Shown here in pieces: positions 1 to 7,258 of a stretch of DNA of 32,000 bases (positions are counted from its first letter, which is position 1; every line of letters starts with the position of its first letter). The translations under genes were made by a program, and so were the position numbers. Source of the DNA: Candidatus Electrothrix sp. GW3-4 (lineage in GTDB: Bacteria > Desulfobacterota > Desulfobulbia > Desulfobulbales > Desulfobulbaceae); NCBI RefSeq assembly GCF_037902255.1, contig NZ_CP147990.1, forward strand, positions 3,810,001 to 3,842,000. The letters run 5' to 3'. Below the pieces are notes generated by a model. It was not told the DNA's origin. It made no database searches and saw nothing but the letters and a program-made list of their open reading frames with translations.

Positions 1-2499
1 CTCTCCTCTCTCTGCCTCAGCAAGGAGTTGTTGCAGTGGATCAACGATATTCCTCTCCTGCAAGGAAGGAGCGGAGAGCTGTCCGGCCTCAGCATCCTGC
101 TTCCCGCTATTATGCCGACCAGCTGTTTCTCCAACCCATTTGCTCAACGCCAAAAAGAGATTATTCCGGTTAATCGGCTTAGCAATATGATCGTTCATAC
201 CGATCTGGAAGCATTTATCCCGCTCTTCGCTCACGGCATGGGCCGTCATGGCAAGGATGGGCAGATCTGTTTTTCCCAGGTCCTGACGAATCGCCTTTGT
301 TGCCTCATACCCATCCATAACCGGCATCTGAATATCCATGAGCACGGCATCAAAATCTCTGGCAGCCACAGCCTCAACCGCCTCTTTTCCATTACAGACC
401 GTTTCCACATGCAGGTTTGCCTTGGCAAGGATCTCCTGAGCCACCTGTTGGTTGATCATATTATCCTCAACCAGCAAAATACGCGCATAGCGGATGGCCG
501 TCATAGCTGCTGCGGTTTCACTTGTGCCACTGGTACCCTCGTTTTCTTTTTCCAGACCATTGAGGGCAAAACTCAGGGAGAAAGAAAAACTACTCCCGCG
601 TCCCACCTCACTCTCCACAGACAACTTGCCCCCCATGAGCGAGACCAGTCGTTTACAGATCGTGAGCCCGAGGCCCGTGCCCCCGTATTTCCTTGCCGTG
701 GAATTATCCGCCTGGGTAAAGGACTCAAAAAGAAGGGCTATTTTTTCCTGGGCAATCCCGATCCCGGTATCGCTGACAGTGAATTGGATAACTGCACGGT
801 CTAATCTATGCTGCACGACCTTGGCTTGAACAATAATCTCCCCCTCATCAGTAAATTTAATAGCATTACCAATGAGATTGGACAAGACCTGATACAGACG
901 CATGGGATCACCGATAACATGTTCCGGCAGATCCGAGGACAGATCAAGAATGAGTTGCAGATTCTTGCGCTGACTCTGCTCAGTGAACATCAACATCAAC
1001 TTATCAAACAGGCCAGACAGACCAAAATAGATCTTTTCAAGCGTGAGCATTCCGGCTTCAATCTTTGAAAAATCCAGGATATCATTAATTATCTCTAAAA
1101 GATTCTTGGAAGAAAAAAGAATCTTCTTCATATAATCAGACTGTTTATCGGTCAGCTCCGTTTCCAGGGCCAATTCAGAGAGATTGATAATACCGTTCAT
1201 CGGCGTCCTGATTTCATGGCTCATATTGGCCAGGAATTCAGACTTGGCAAGAGTGGCAGCATGGGCCTTATCCATAGCCTTGGTCAGCTCCCGATTCGAC
1301 TTTTCCAGCCGCTGGCGATAGGAAAGAAAAAGGGTTCGAACCTTATGAGAAAACAGCAGGGAGATACACAGGGCGCCGAGGAGGATAAAACAAAAAATGG
1401 CAAGAGAGATCCGTATCTTTTCGCGAAAGAGCTTTTTATGTTGTTCTTTAATGCGGTCGATTTGTTCAATCAGATCATCAAAGTAAAAGCCCCGGGCAAT
1501 AATCCAACTCCATTTTGGATAGAGTTTAAAATAGGACATCTTAGGACGGACTTCATCGCTTCCTGGTTTTTTATCCCGGTATTTGACAAAGACTTCACCA
1601 TGCTCTTTGAGACCGTTGAGAAATTTTTCCCGAAATTTTTCCCCTTCAGAGTCCTGATACTCATCACTGAGAAGGTTATTGATCGGATCCGGCTGATTAG
1701 GATTCACCAGCATGGTGGCGAATTTTTTGCCGCCCTTCATACTGCGGAGATCCAGGACGAACATATACTCGTTATCAGTTCGGTTGGCGTGCTGATTGAT
1801 GATGTTGGTGACATGCTGCTGGGCATCACGTTCAACTTCAACCAGATAATCACCTGCCCCGATATACCAGTCAAAGGGCTCAAAATGCTTTATATAGGCT
1901 ATTTTCTGAAAGAGTTTATCAGGGTCCTCTCCAGGCTTGGGCCAGAGATATTCATTGAATCCGCTACCGTGATGGCGGACAGTGGCAAACATACTGTTAA
2001 AGACCTGCAATCTGTTTTCATTGCTGTTATTATAAATACTCTTGCCCTCCTGGGTAGGATCAGGAGGCCAAAGCTTGGTGATACCTGACATGGAACGGAT
2101 AAAGAAATAATTCCGCCCGTTGTTAAAGGTTATTGGCCGAATCGCCTCAATGATCAACTCTTCCAAGGTGTCCTTATTCATTGTTGCTGCATTCTGCCGA
2201 TAGAGATGCATGGCAATGGAGTGGATCTGCTCCACCTGGTCCCGCAGGGTACGCCGCAGCATGGCATTGGTGGTCTTGTGCCGCATATCCATGCTGTTGA
2301 TAAAGTCAAGCACTGACTCACGAACACTGATCTTTTTATTCTTGATGTACTCCTCCTCCATCTGGAGGAGCTCCATCTTGAGATTAATTTCAGAATCCCA
2401 AAAGGTATGTGCCACAATTCCCAGCCACATCAGCAGAGCAACCAGGCTTGAATTGAGGATAATCAGTTTACCGATATTTTTTTCGCTGAATATTTTCAT
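1..2499 (-). CDS. Hybrid sensor histidine kinase / response regulator with a periplasmic Cache-like sensor domain (3' end runs off the window)
   Basis: Absent from the ORF track because the frame has no stop inside the window. Hand translation of the minus strand from the ATG (complement of 2497-2499) stays open to position 1 (833 codons). It contains an N-terminal TM segment, a Cache-like block (FNNGRNYFFIRS, KLWPPDP), a second TM (ISLAIFCFILLGALCISLL) and the H-box SHEIRTPMNGI (about 1190-1221). These are followed by the N-box NLIGNAIKFT, G-boxes DTGIGI and GGTGLGL, and a receiver domain (ILLVEDN, LMDIQMPVMDG, PILAMTAH at about 235-265). The plus-strand ORFs 28-804, 808-1068 and 1216-2088 are its antisense shadows. 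Confidence 0.85.
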   Translation of the reverse strand, partial: MKIFSEKNIGKLIILNSSLVALLMWLGIVAHTFWDSEINLKMELLQMEEEYIKNKKISVRESVLDFINSMDMRHKTTNAMLRRTLRDQVEQIHSIAMHLYRQNAATMNKDTLEELIIEAIRPITFNNGRNYFFIRSMSGITKLWPPDPTQEGKSIYNNSNENRLQVFNSMFATVRHHGSGFNEYLWPKPGEDPDKLFQKIAYIKHFEPFDWYIGAGDYLVEVERDAQQHVTNIINQHANRTDNEYMFVLDLRSMKGGKKFATMLVNPNQPDPINNLLSDEYQDSEGEKFREKFLNGLKEHGEVFVKYRDKKPGSDEVRPKMSYFKLYPKWSWIIARGFYFDDLIEQIDRIKEQHKKLFREKIRISLAIFCFILLGALCISLLFSHKVRTLFLSYRQRLEKSNRELTKAMDKAHAATLAKSEFLANMSHEIRTPMNGIINLSELALETELTDKQSDYMKKILFSSKNLLEIINDILDFSKIEAGMLTLEKIYFGLSGLFDKLMLMFTEQSQRKNLQLILDLSSDLPEHVIGDPMRLYQVLSNLIGNAIKFTDEGEIIVQAKVVQHRLDRAVIQFTVSDTGIGIAQEKIALLFESFTQADNSTARKYGGTGLGLTICKRLVSLMGGKLSVESEVGRGSSFSFSLSFALNGLEKENEGTSGTSETAAAMTAIRYARILLVEDNMINQQVAQEILAKANLHVETVCNGKEAVEAVAARDFDAVLMDIQMPVMDGYEATKAIRQDLGKTDLPILAMTAHAVSEERDKCFQIGMNDHIAKPINRNNLFLALSKWVGETAGRHNSGKQDAEAGQLSAPSLQERNIVDPLQQLLAEAERGE

Positions 2500-2746
2500 G
2501 GTAACGCAATCAAAAAATGATTATTGATCATACTTATATAGTTTTACACGCAGATATCAAACGAATACAAGAATAATCGTTCCATGGCCGCAGGAAGCCT
2601 TCTTCTTTTCCCCGAACGACTGAAGAGGCAAGATACTTTTTATAACATCCAGAGGGAGAGGGGCTGCTGCGATGCGTTCTTCTCTCCCTACACTTTTTTC
2701 GCATCAGGCCATCCCACCACCGAACATGAAATTATGAATAAACATT

Positions 2747-3544
2747 ATGAATGAACAAGAACTATTTACTTTACTGCAACGAGTGAAAAACGGAAGGATA
2801 AACCCGGAACAGGCCCTGAAAAAAATACGCCTGCCACCAGTGGAAGTCCTGGACTCTGCCCGGCTGGATCACCACCGGGTGCTGCGCACCGGCCTTCCTG
2901 AGGCTATTTTTGGTGAGAACAAAACCGTTGACCAGCTGATTGAAATCCTCCGGGCCATGCTTAAGCGCCCAACCGTGGTGCTGGCCACCCGTATTGAACC
3001 CGACAAGGCACATCAGGTCTGCGCCCAGGTTGCGGGCTTGCACTATCACAAAACCGCTCGCTTACTGGTAGGGAACAAAGGGGCTATCCCGGAAAACATC
3101 GGCAGAGGAACCGTGATGGTGGTGACAGCAGGGACCTCTGATCTGCCGGTTGCCGAGGAGGCACGGCTCTGTCTCACATATTTTGGCCATCCAGTGGACA
3201 CCCTGTATGATGCCGGGGTAGCGGGCATCCATCGCATCCTGGCCCACGGAGAACAACTTCAGCAGGCCTCTGCCCTGATCGTGGTGGCGGGCATGGAAGG
3301 GGCCCTGCCCTCGGTGGTGGCGGGCATGACCCCGGCACCAGTGATCGCCTGCCCCAGCTCTATTGGCTACGGTACCGGGGCAGGTGGTTTTTCCGCCCTG
3401 CTCGGCATGCTCAACAGCTGCGCTGCCGGGATGGCAGTGGTCAATATCGACAACGGATTCGGGGCTGCCTGTATGGCCGCTGCCATCAACAGAAAACAAT
3501 TCGATCCAGCGTCAGAAGAGCATTTTTTGCCTCCTGAAGAGTGA
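2747..3544 (+). CDS. larB: LarB-like nickel-pincer cofactor biosynthesis protein (PurE/AIR-carboxylase fold)
   Basis: 265-aa ORF with PurE-like blocks VMVVTAGTSDLPVAEEA, IVVAGMEGALPSVVAG and PVIACPSSIGYG, plus the roughly 110-aa N-terminal extension typical of LarB rather than PurE. Confidence 0.75.
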   Translation: MNEQELFTLLQRVKNGRINPEQALKKIRLPPVEVLDSARLDHHRVLRTGLPEAIFGENKTVDQLIEILRAMLKRPTVVLATRIEPDKAHQVCAQVAGLHYHKTARLLVGNKGAIPENIGRGTVMVVTAGTSDLPVAEEARLCLTYFGHPVDTLYDAGVAGIHRILAHGEQLQQASALIVVAGMEGALPSVVAGMTPAPVIACPSSIGYGTGAGGFSALLGMLNSCAAGMAVVNIDNGFGAACMAAAINRKQFDPASEEHFLPPEE

Positions 3545-3591
3545 AATTTCCACCGAAGACGGAGAAACCGAGAAAAAATCGCTCCCCGACG

Positions 3592-3620
3592 TTGCAAGAT
3601 ATCCCTCCCTGACGTATATT
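3592..3620 (+). promoter_or_regulatory. Candidate sigma70-type promoter for secDF (TTGCAA, 17-nt spacer, TATATT)
   Basis: TTGCAA at 3592-3597, a 17-nt spacer, and TATATT at 3615-3620, about 105 nt upstream of the secDF ATG. Sequence pattern only. Confidence 0.35.
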
Positions 3621-3726
3621 CCTGAATATTTTCTCGTCATCTCGTATCACAACTCGTACCAACAAGATAATTGAGCCGATTCGTTCATCCACGTTAAATA
3701 CTATTCGTTTACCTGGGAAAACATCC

Positions 3727-6294
3727 ATGAATACCAACCTGAAACTCAAGATCGGGCTACTTTTTACCCTCATCCTCTTTTCTGTCATGACCATTGTGCC
3801 CTCCTTTTACAAGGACTCGCCGGAATGGTGGAAAAAATACCTGGCACCGCAAGGGCTGAAACTCGGCCTGGACCTTCAAGGCGGGGTCCACATGGTTCTC
3901 CGGGTCGATCTGGATAAGGCGGTGACCAATAATCTTGATCTTGCTGCCCAGGAGCTGAAAAAGGGACTGGCCAAGAAAGACATCTCTGTTGTGCAGTTGG
4001 ACGCACCTGATCCTGCCCAGGTTATCTTTACCCTGCCCAATACCGGGGTGCTGGATCAAATCAATGATACCCTGAAAGAGGATTTTCCCGATCTGGACAT
4101 TGATGTGCAGTCCGAGGAGGGCAGCTTTCCCCGCATTACCCTGAGGTTGACTCAGGAGCAGGTGAATTTTGTTCGCGAGAACGCAGTGGATCAGTCCCTG
4201 GAGATTATCCGAAACCGGGTTGACCAGTTCGGTGTGGGCGAGCCGGTCATCGTCCGCCAGGGCGAAGCAGAGATTGTGGTCCAGCTGCCCGGCATTGAGG
4301 ATCATGAGCGGGCAAAAGAATTGATTAACAGCACTGCACAACTGGAGTTCAAACTGGTTGCCCAGCATAACGTGAATCTGCAAGAGCTGGTTAATCAAGC
4401 CAAGGCCGCAGGCCAATGGCAGGAGAGCGGCGGCGATGCAGAACAGCTTAAGAAACTTAATCTGGCCCTCCAGACCAGTCTGCCCAAGGGGACAGAAATT
4501 GCCTTTCAGCTTATCGAGGATAAGCAAAACCAAGAGGCGGGCAAGAAACCCATCCTGCTGGAGAGCCCGGTCCTCATGACCGGGGATATGGTCAAGGATG
4601 CCCGGGTCGGCTATGGCGGCACCTTTAACGAACCCCTGGTCAGCCTCCGTCTTACCGGTGACGGCAGTGATAAGTTTGCCGACATTACTGAGGCCAATGT
4701 CAACAGGCAGCTGGCCATTGTCCTGGACGGGGTAGTGCGCTCTGCTCCGGTTATCCGGGAACGGATCCTCGGCGGTTCAGCCCAGATCTCCGGGAGTTTT
4801 ACCCAGACCGAGGCCAGTGATCTGGCCATTGTCCTTCGGGTCGGTGCCTTGCCAGCCCCGGTTGAAACTATCCAGAACATGACGGTCGGCGCCAGCCTCG
4901 GGCATGACTCCATTATGAAAGGCCTGACCTCGGGCCTCTTTGGCGCCTTGATGGTCCTGGTCTTCATGGTGATCTACTATCGGCTCTCCGGGGTGATTGC
5001 TGATCTGGCCCTGGCCCTGAATATCCTCTTTCTCTTTGCTGGCCTGGCCATGCTCGGCGCCACCCTGACCCTGCCCGGTATTGCCGGTATCATTCTCTCC
5101 ATCGGCATGGCAGTGGATGCCAATGTCCTGATCTTTGAGCGCATGCGAGAGGAATTCGCCCTGGGCAAATCGGCCCGTTCCGGGGTGGATACCGGTTTTG
5201 AAAAGGCCTTCTGGTCCATTGTTGACTCCCAGGTGACTACCCTGATCACGGCCCTGGCCCTGTTTCTCTTTGGTACCGGTCCGATTAAGGGTTTTGCAGT
5301 CACCCTGTCCCTGGGCATTATCTTTAACCTCTTTGCCGTGTTGTTCTGCACCCGTTTGGTCTACGACTGGATCTTCAGTCGTCACAAAAAAATGCATGAA
5401 CTCAAATTCCTCCAGTTTGTCAAAAAGCCCAATTTCAATTTTATGGGGGTCAGAAAAATTGCCTTTACCGCCTCTGCGATCCTGGCCATCTTCGGGACAG
5501 TGGCCTTTGTTGAAATCCTGCTTGGTCAGGCCAACCTTGGGGTTGATTTCTCCGGCGGTTCACTGTTGCAGTATAAGGCAGACCAACCCTTTCAACTGGA
5601 TGCCATCCGCTCTGCCTTGAACAAGGGGAATTTCGGCTCAGTGGATCTCCAGCAGGTAACCGGAGAAAATCGCCTGATCGTCAAGGTGAAAAAGACCGAA
5701 GACACGGTGGGCCATCTGGGCGATGAGATTACAGCGGTGCTGGCCCAGCAGCAGGGTAATACCTTTGCCCTGGAGAGTCAGTCCGAGATCGGCTCCTCAG
5801 TCTCTGATGTCCTGCGGAATAAGGCCATTGAGGCCATTGCCATCTCCCTGCTCGGTGTGCTGCTCTACCTGGCCATTCGCTTTGATTTCAGCTTTGGCCT
5901 GGCAGCGGCAGCAGCCACCTTCCACGACGTGCTGGTGGTGCTGGGGATCTGCTGGTTGCTCAATGTAGAGGTCAACCTGCTCCTGGTCACAGCCCTGCTC
6001 ACCCTGGCTGGTTACTCTCTGAACGACTCGGTGGTTGTCTTTGACCGCATCCGGGAAAACCTGGGGCGCTTTCATGAGAAAGACTTTAATGAGATCATCA
6101 ACATCAGCATCAATGATGTCTTGGGCCGTTCCGTGGTGACCTCGCTGACCACCTCTCTGGTCCTGGTTGCCCTGTTCTTCTTCGGCGGTTCAGCAATCCA
6201 TGATTTTTCTTTTGCCCTGCTGATGGGTGTGCTTGTGGGTACCTATTCTTCAGTGTTTATTGCCAGCCCGCTGCTTTCGTTGAAAAAACGGTAA
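3727..6294 (+). CDS. secDF: Fused protein-export membrane protein SecDF
   Basis: 855-aa ORF with an N-terminal TM and a large periplasmic domain containing the SecD signature GLDLQGGVHMVL, followed by a TM bundle. A second half begins with the SecF-like signature LGVDFSGGSLLQY and a second TM bundle. The single polypeptide equals a SecD-SecF fusion. Confidence 0.9.
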   Translation: MNTNLKLKIGLLFTLILFSVMTIVPSFYKDSPEWWKKYLAPQGLKLGLDLQGGVHMVLRVDLDKAVTNNLDLAAQELKKGLAKKDISVVQLDAPDPAQVIFTLPNTGVLDQINDTLKEDFPDLDIDVQSEEGSFPRITLRLTQEQVNFVRENAVDQSLEIIRNRVDQFGVGEPVIVRQGEAEIVVQLPGIEDHERAKELINSTAQLEFKLVAQHNVNLQELVNQAKAAGQWQESGGDAEQLKKLNLALQTSLPKGTEIAFQLIEDKQNQEAGKKPILLESPVLMTGDMVKDARVGYGGTFNEPLVSLRLTGDGSDKFADITEANVNRQLAIVLDGVVRSAPVIRERILGGSAQISGSFTQTEASDLAIVLRVGALPAPVETIQNMTVGASLGHDSIMKGLTSGLFGALMVLVFMVIYYRLSGVIADLALALNILFLFAGLAMLGATLTLPGIAGIILSIGMAVDANVLIFERMREEFALGKSARSGVDTGFEKAFWSIVDSQVTTLITALALFLFGTGPIKGFAVTLSLGIIFNLFAVLFCTRLVYDWIFSRHKKMHELKFLQFVKKPNFNFMGVRKIAFTASAILAIFGTVAFVEILLGQANLGVDFSGGSLLQYKADQPFQLDAIRSALNKGNFGSVDLQQVTGENRLIVKVKKTEDTVGHLGDEITAVLAQQQGNTFALESQSEIGSSVSDVLRNKAIEAIAISLLGVLLYLAIRFDFSFGLAAAAATFHDVLVVLGICWLLNVEVNLLLVTALLTLAGYSLNDSVVVFDRIRENLGRFHEKDFNEIINISINDVLGRSVVTSLTTSLVLVALFFFGGSAIHDFSFALLMGVLVGTYSSVFIASPLLSLKKR

Positions 6295-6350
6295 GGAATT
6301 CGTTCAAAAACGAGATCCCCCTACGGGGGTCCGGCAGAAGAATTCAAAAA

Positions 6351-6386
6351 AACGGGATGTGCCGCGAGGCGCATCCCGTTTTGCAT
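6351..6386 (+). terminator. Rho-independent terminator after secDF (possibly bidirectional)
   Basis: 13-bp stem AACGGGATGTGCC / GGCGCATCCCGTT (one G-T wobble) with loop GCGA. An A-run lies upstream and TTTGCATTT downstream, 57 nt after the secDF stop. Confidence 0.7.
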
Positions 6387-6465
6387 TTCAGGGTTGGTTA
6401 TACTCAGGGTGTTACCCTGAGCTGATGGACACAGCCCCGTTGGGGCAAAAAAGCCCGAAGCCCGT

Positions 6466-6497
6466 TTTTCTGGTTTTCTGGTTTTCTGGTTTTCTGG
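6466..6497. repeat. Octanucleotide microsatellite (TTTTCTGG) x4
   Basis: Four perfect head-to-tail copies read directly from the sequence. They abut the REP-like palindrome at 6497. Confidence 0.9.
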
Positions 6498-6541
6498 TTC
6501 CCAAGCTCCAGCTTGGGAACATTGCCTTGAAGCTCTGCTTC
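6497..6541. repeat. REP-like two-hairpin element, copy 1
   Basis: GTTCCCAAGCT-CC-AGCTTGGGAAC (11-bp arms) followed by TGAAGCTCTGCTTC (GAAGC-N3-GCTTC hairpin). The reverse complement recurs at 13702-13751. Confidence 0.75.
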
Positions 6542-6546
6542 CCCGG

Positions 6547-7206
6547 TTATAAAAGAAAATCGTCGTCCATCGGGGCAACATAATGATATTCATCTGGCCC
6601 GCATTTCTTTGCCAGTTTGTTCACAACATTTTTGACAAAGCTTGGCTTATCATAAGGACCGGCCATATAAAAGGGCTTGCCGTTTTTGCCGAATTCAAAG
6701 GAACGAGGACAGGCAGCACTCTCGATATCGCCGAAGATCTTTTTTGCCTCCCGGTAGTCCTTATGCGGAGAGAAACCCAGGTTTGCAGCATATTCCCCCG
6801 CTTTTTCAATAAGTTTTCTGGCGCAGGTGGGATGTATTTTTTTAAGCTTCCCCTGCATGTTGACCTTTTCCAGGAAAGATGGGTAGTTTTCTTCGTTAAA
6901 TACTCTGACAAAGCAGTCTTTAATGCCAAGGCAATAGACATCAATGAGAAAAACGCCTGCCAGGATATCGCCATTGTTTGCTTTTCGGGTGATCATAACT
7001 GAGCCAATACCCACGTCGCTATCCTGGTCAAAGAGCGGTTCAGCTTCCCAGCACTCATAAACCGGGGCATTGAAGGCCTGCTGCATTGCCAGCTTACGGC
7101 TGAAAGCGGACATCAGGCCCTTTTGTTTCTGTGCTGTTTTACGGGCCTTGCTTTTCGCGGCCTGTTTTGCTTTTTTCTTTTGTAGTTTTTTCTGATTTAA
7201 TGCCAT
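6547..7206 (-). CDS. Hypothetical 219-aa protein with a lysine-rich N-terminal tail; last gene of the CHAT-STAND operon
   Basis: The ORF track gives 6547-7383, but its first 59 codons overlap the 3' end of the upstream gene and read as W/P/G-rich off-frame sequence. The ATG at 7206 gives MALNQKKLQKKKAKQAAKSKARKTAQKQKG followed by a globular-looking body. I see no convincing Shine-Dalgarno sequence, so the start is uncertain (alternatives are M32 and M40 of the 219-aa version). No family recognised. Confidence 0.6.
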   Translation of the reverse strand: MALNQKKLQKKKAKQAAKSKARKTAQKQKGLMSAFSRKLAMQQAFNAPVYECWEAEPLFDQDSDVGIGSVMITRKANNGDILAGVFLIDVYCLGIKDCFVRVFNEENYPSFLEKVNMQGKLKKIHPTCARKLIEKAGEYAANLGFSPHKDYREAKKIFGDIESAACPRSFEFGKNGKPFYMAGPYDKPSFVKNVVNKLAKKCGPDEYHYVAPMDDDFLL

Positions 7207-7258
7207 GTTGAGTTCTTTATGTTGAGATTGAAATATGCATCTCAGGATGCCTTCAGGA

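Noticed and set aside
28-2088. Plus-strand ORFs 28-804 (258 aa), 808-1068 and 1216-2088 (290 aa) as genes
   Set aside because: Their sequences are low-complexity and carry no motifs. The opposite strand carries unmistakable histidine-kinase and receiver motifs in one continuous frame, so these are antisense shadow ORFs.
3757-4533. Long antisense ORFs inside well-supported genes (for example 3757-4533 and 4777-5397 in secDF; 8945-9523 and 10400-10903 in the CHAT gene; 17886-18566 in the DUF4469-like gene; 29385-29996 in galE; 28239-28766 in cysE; 14305-14772 in the symporter)
   Set aside because: Each lies fully within a gene that has clear family motifs on the other strand. None has recognisable motifs of its own.
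6321-6593. ORFs 6321-6593 (minus) and 6359-6583 (plus) in the secDF-downstream intergenic region, and ORF 13608-13877
   Set aside because: They are translated straight through the terminator, microsatellite and REP-like palindromes (giving peptides such as QAGAWE / PKLQLGN / KPELGNQ). They lack an RBS. These are repeat-derived artefacts.
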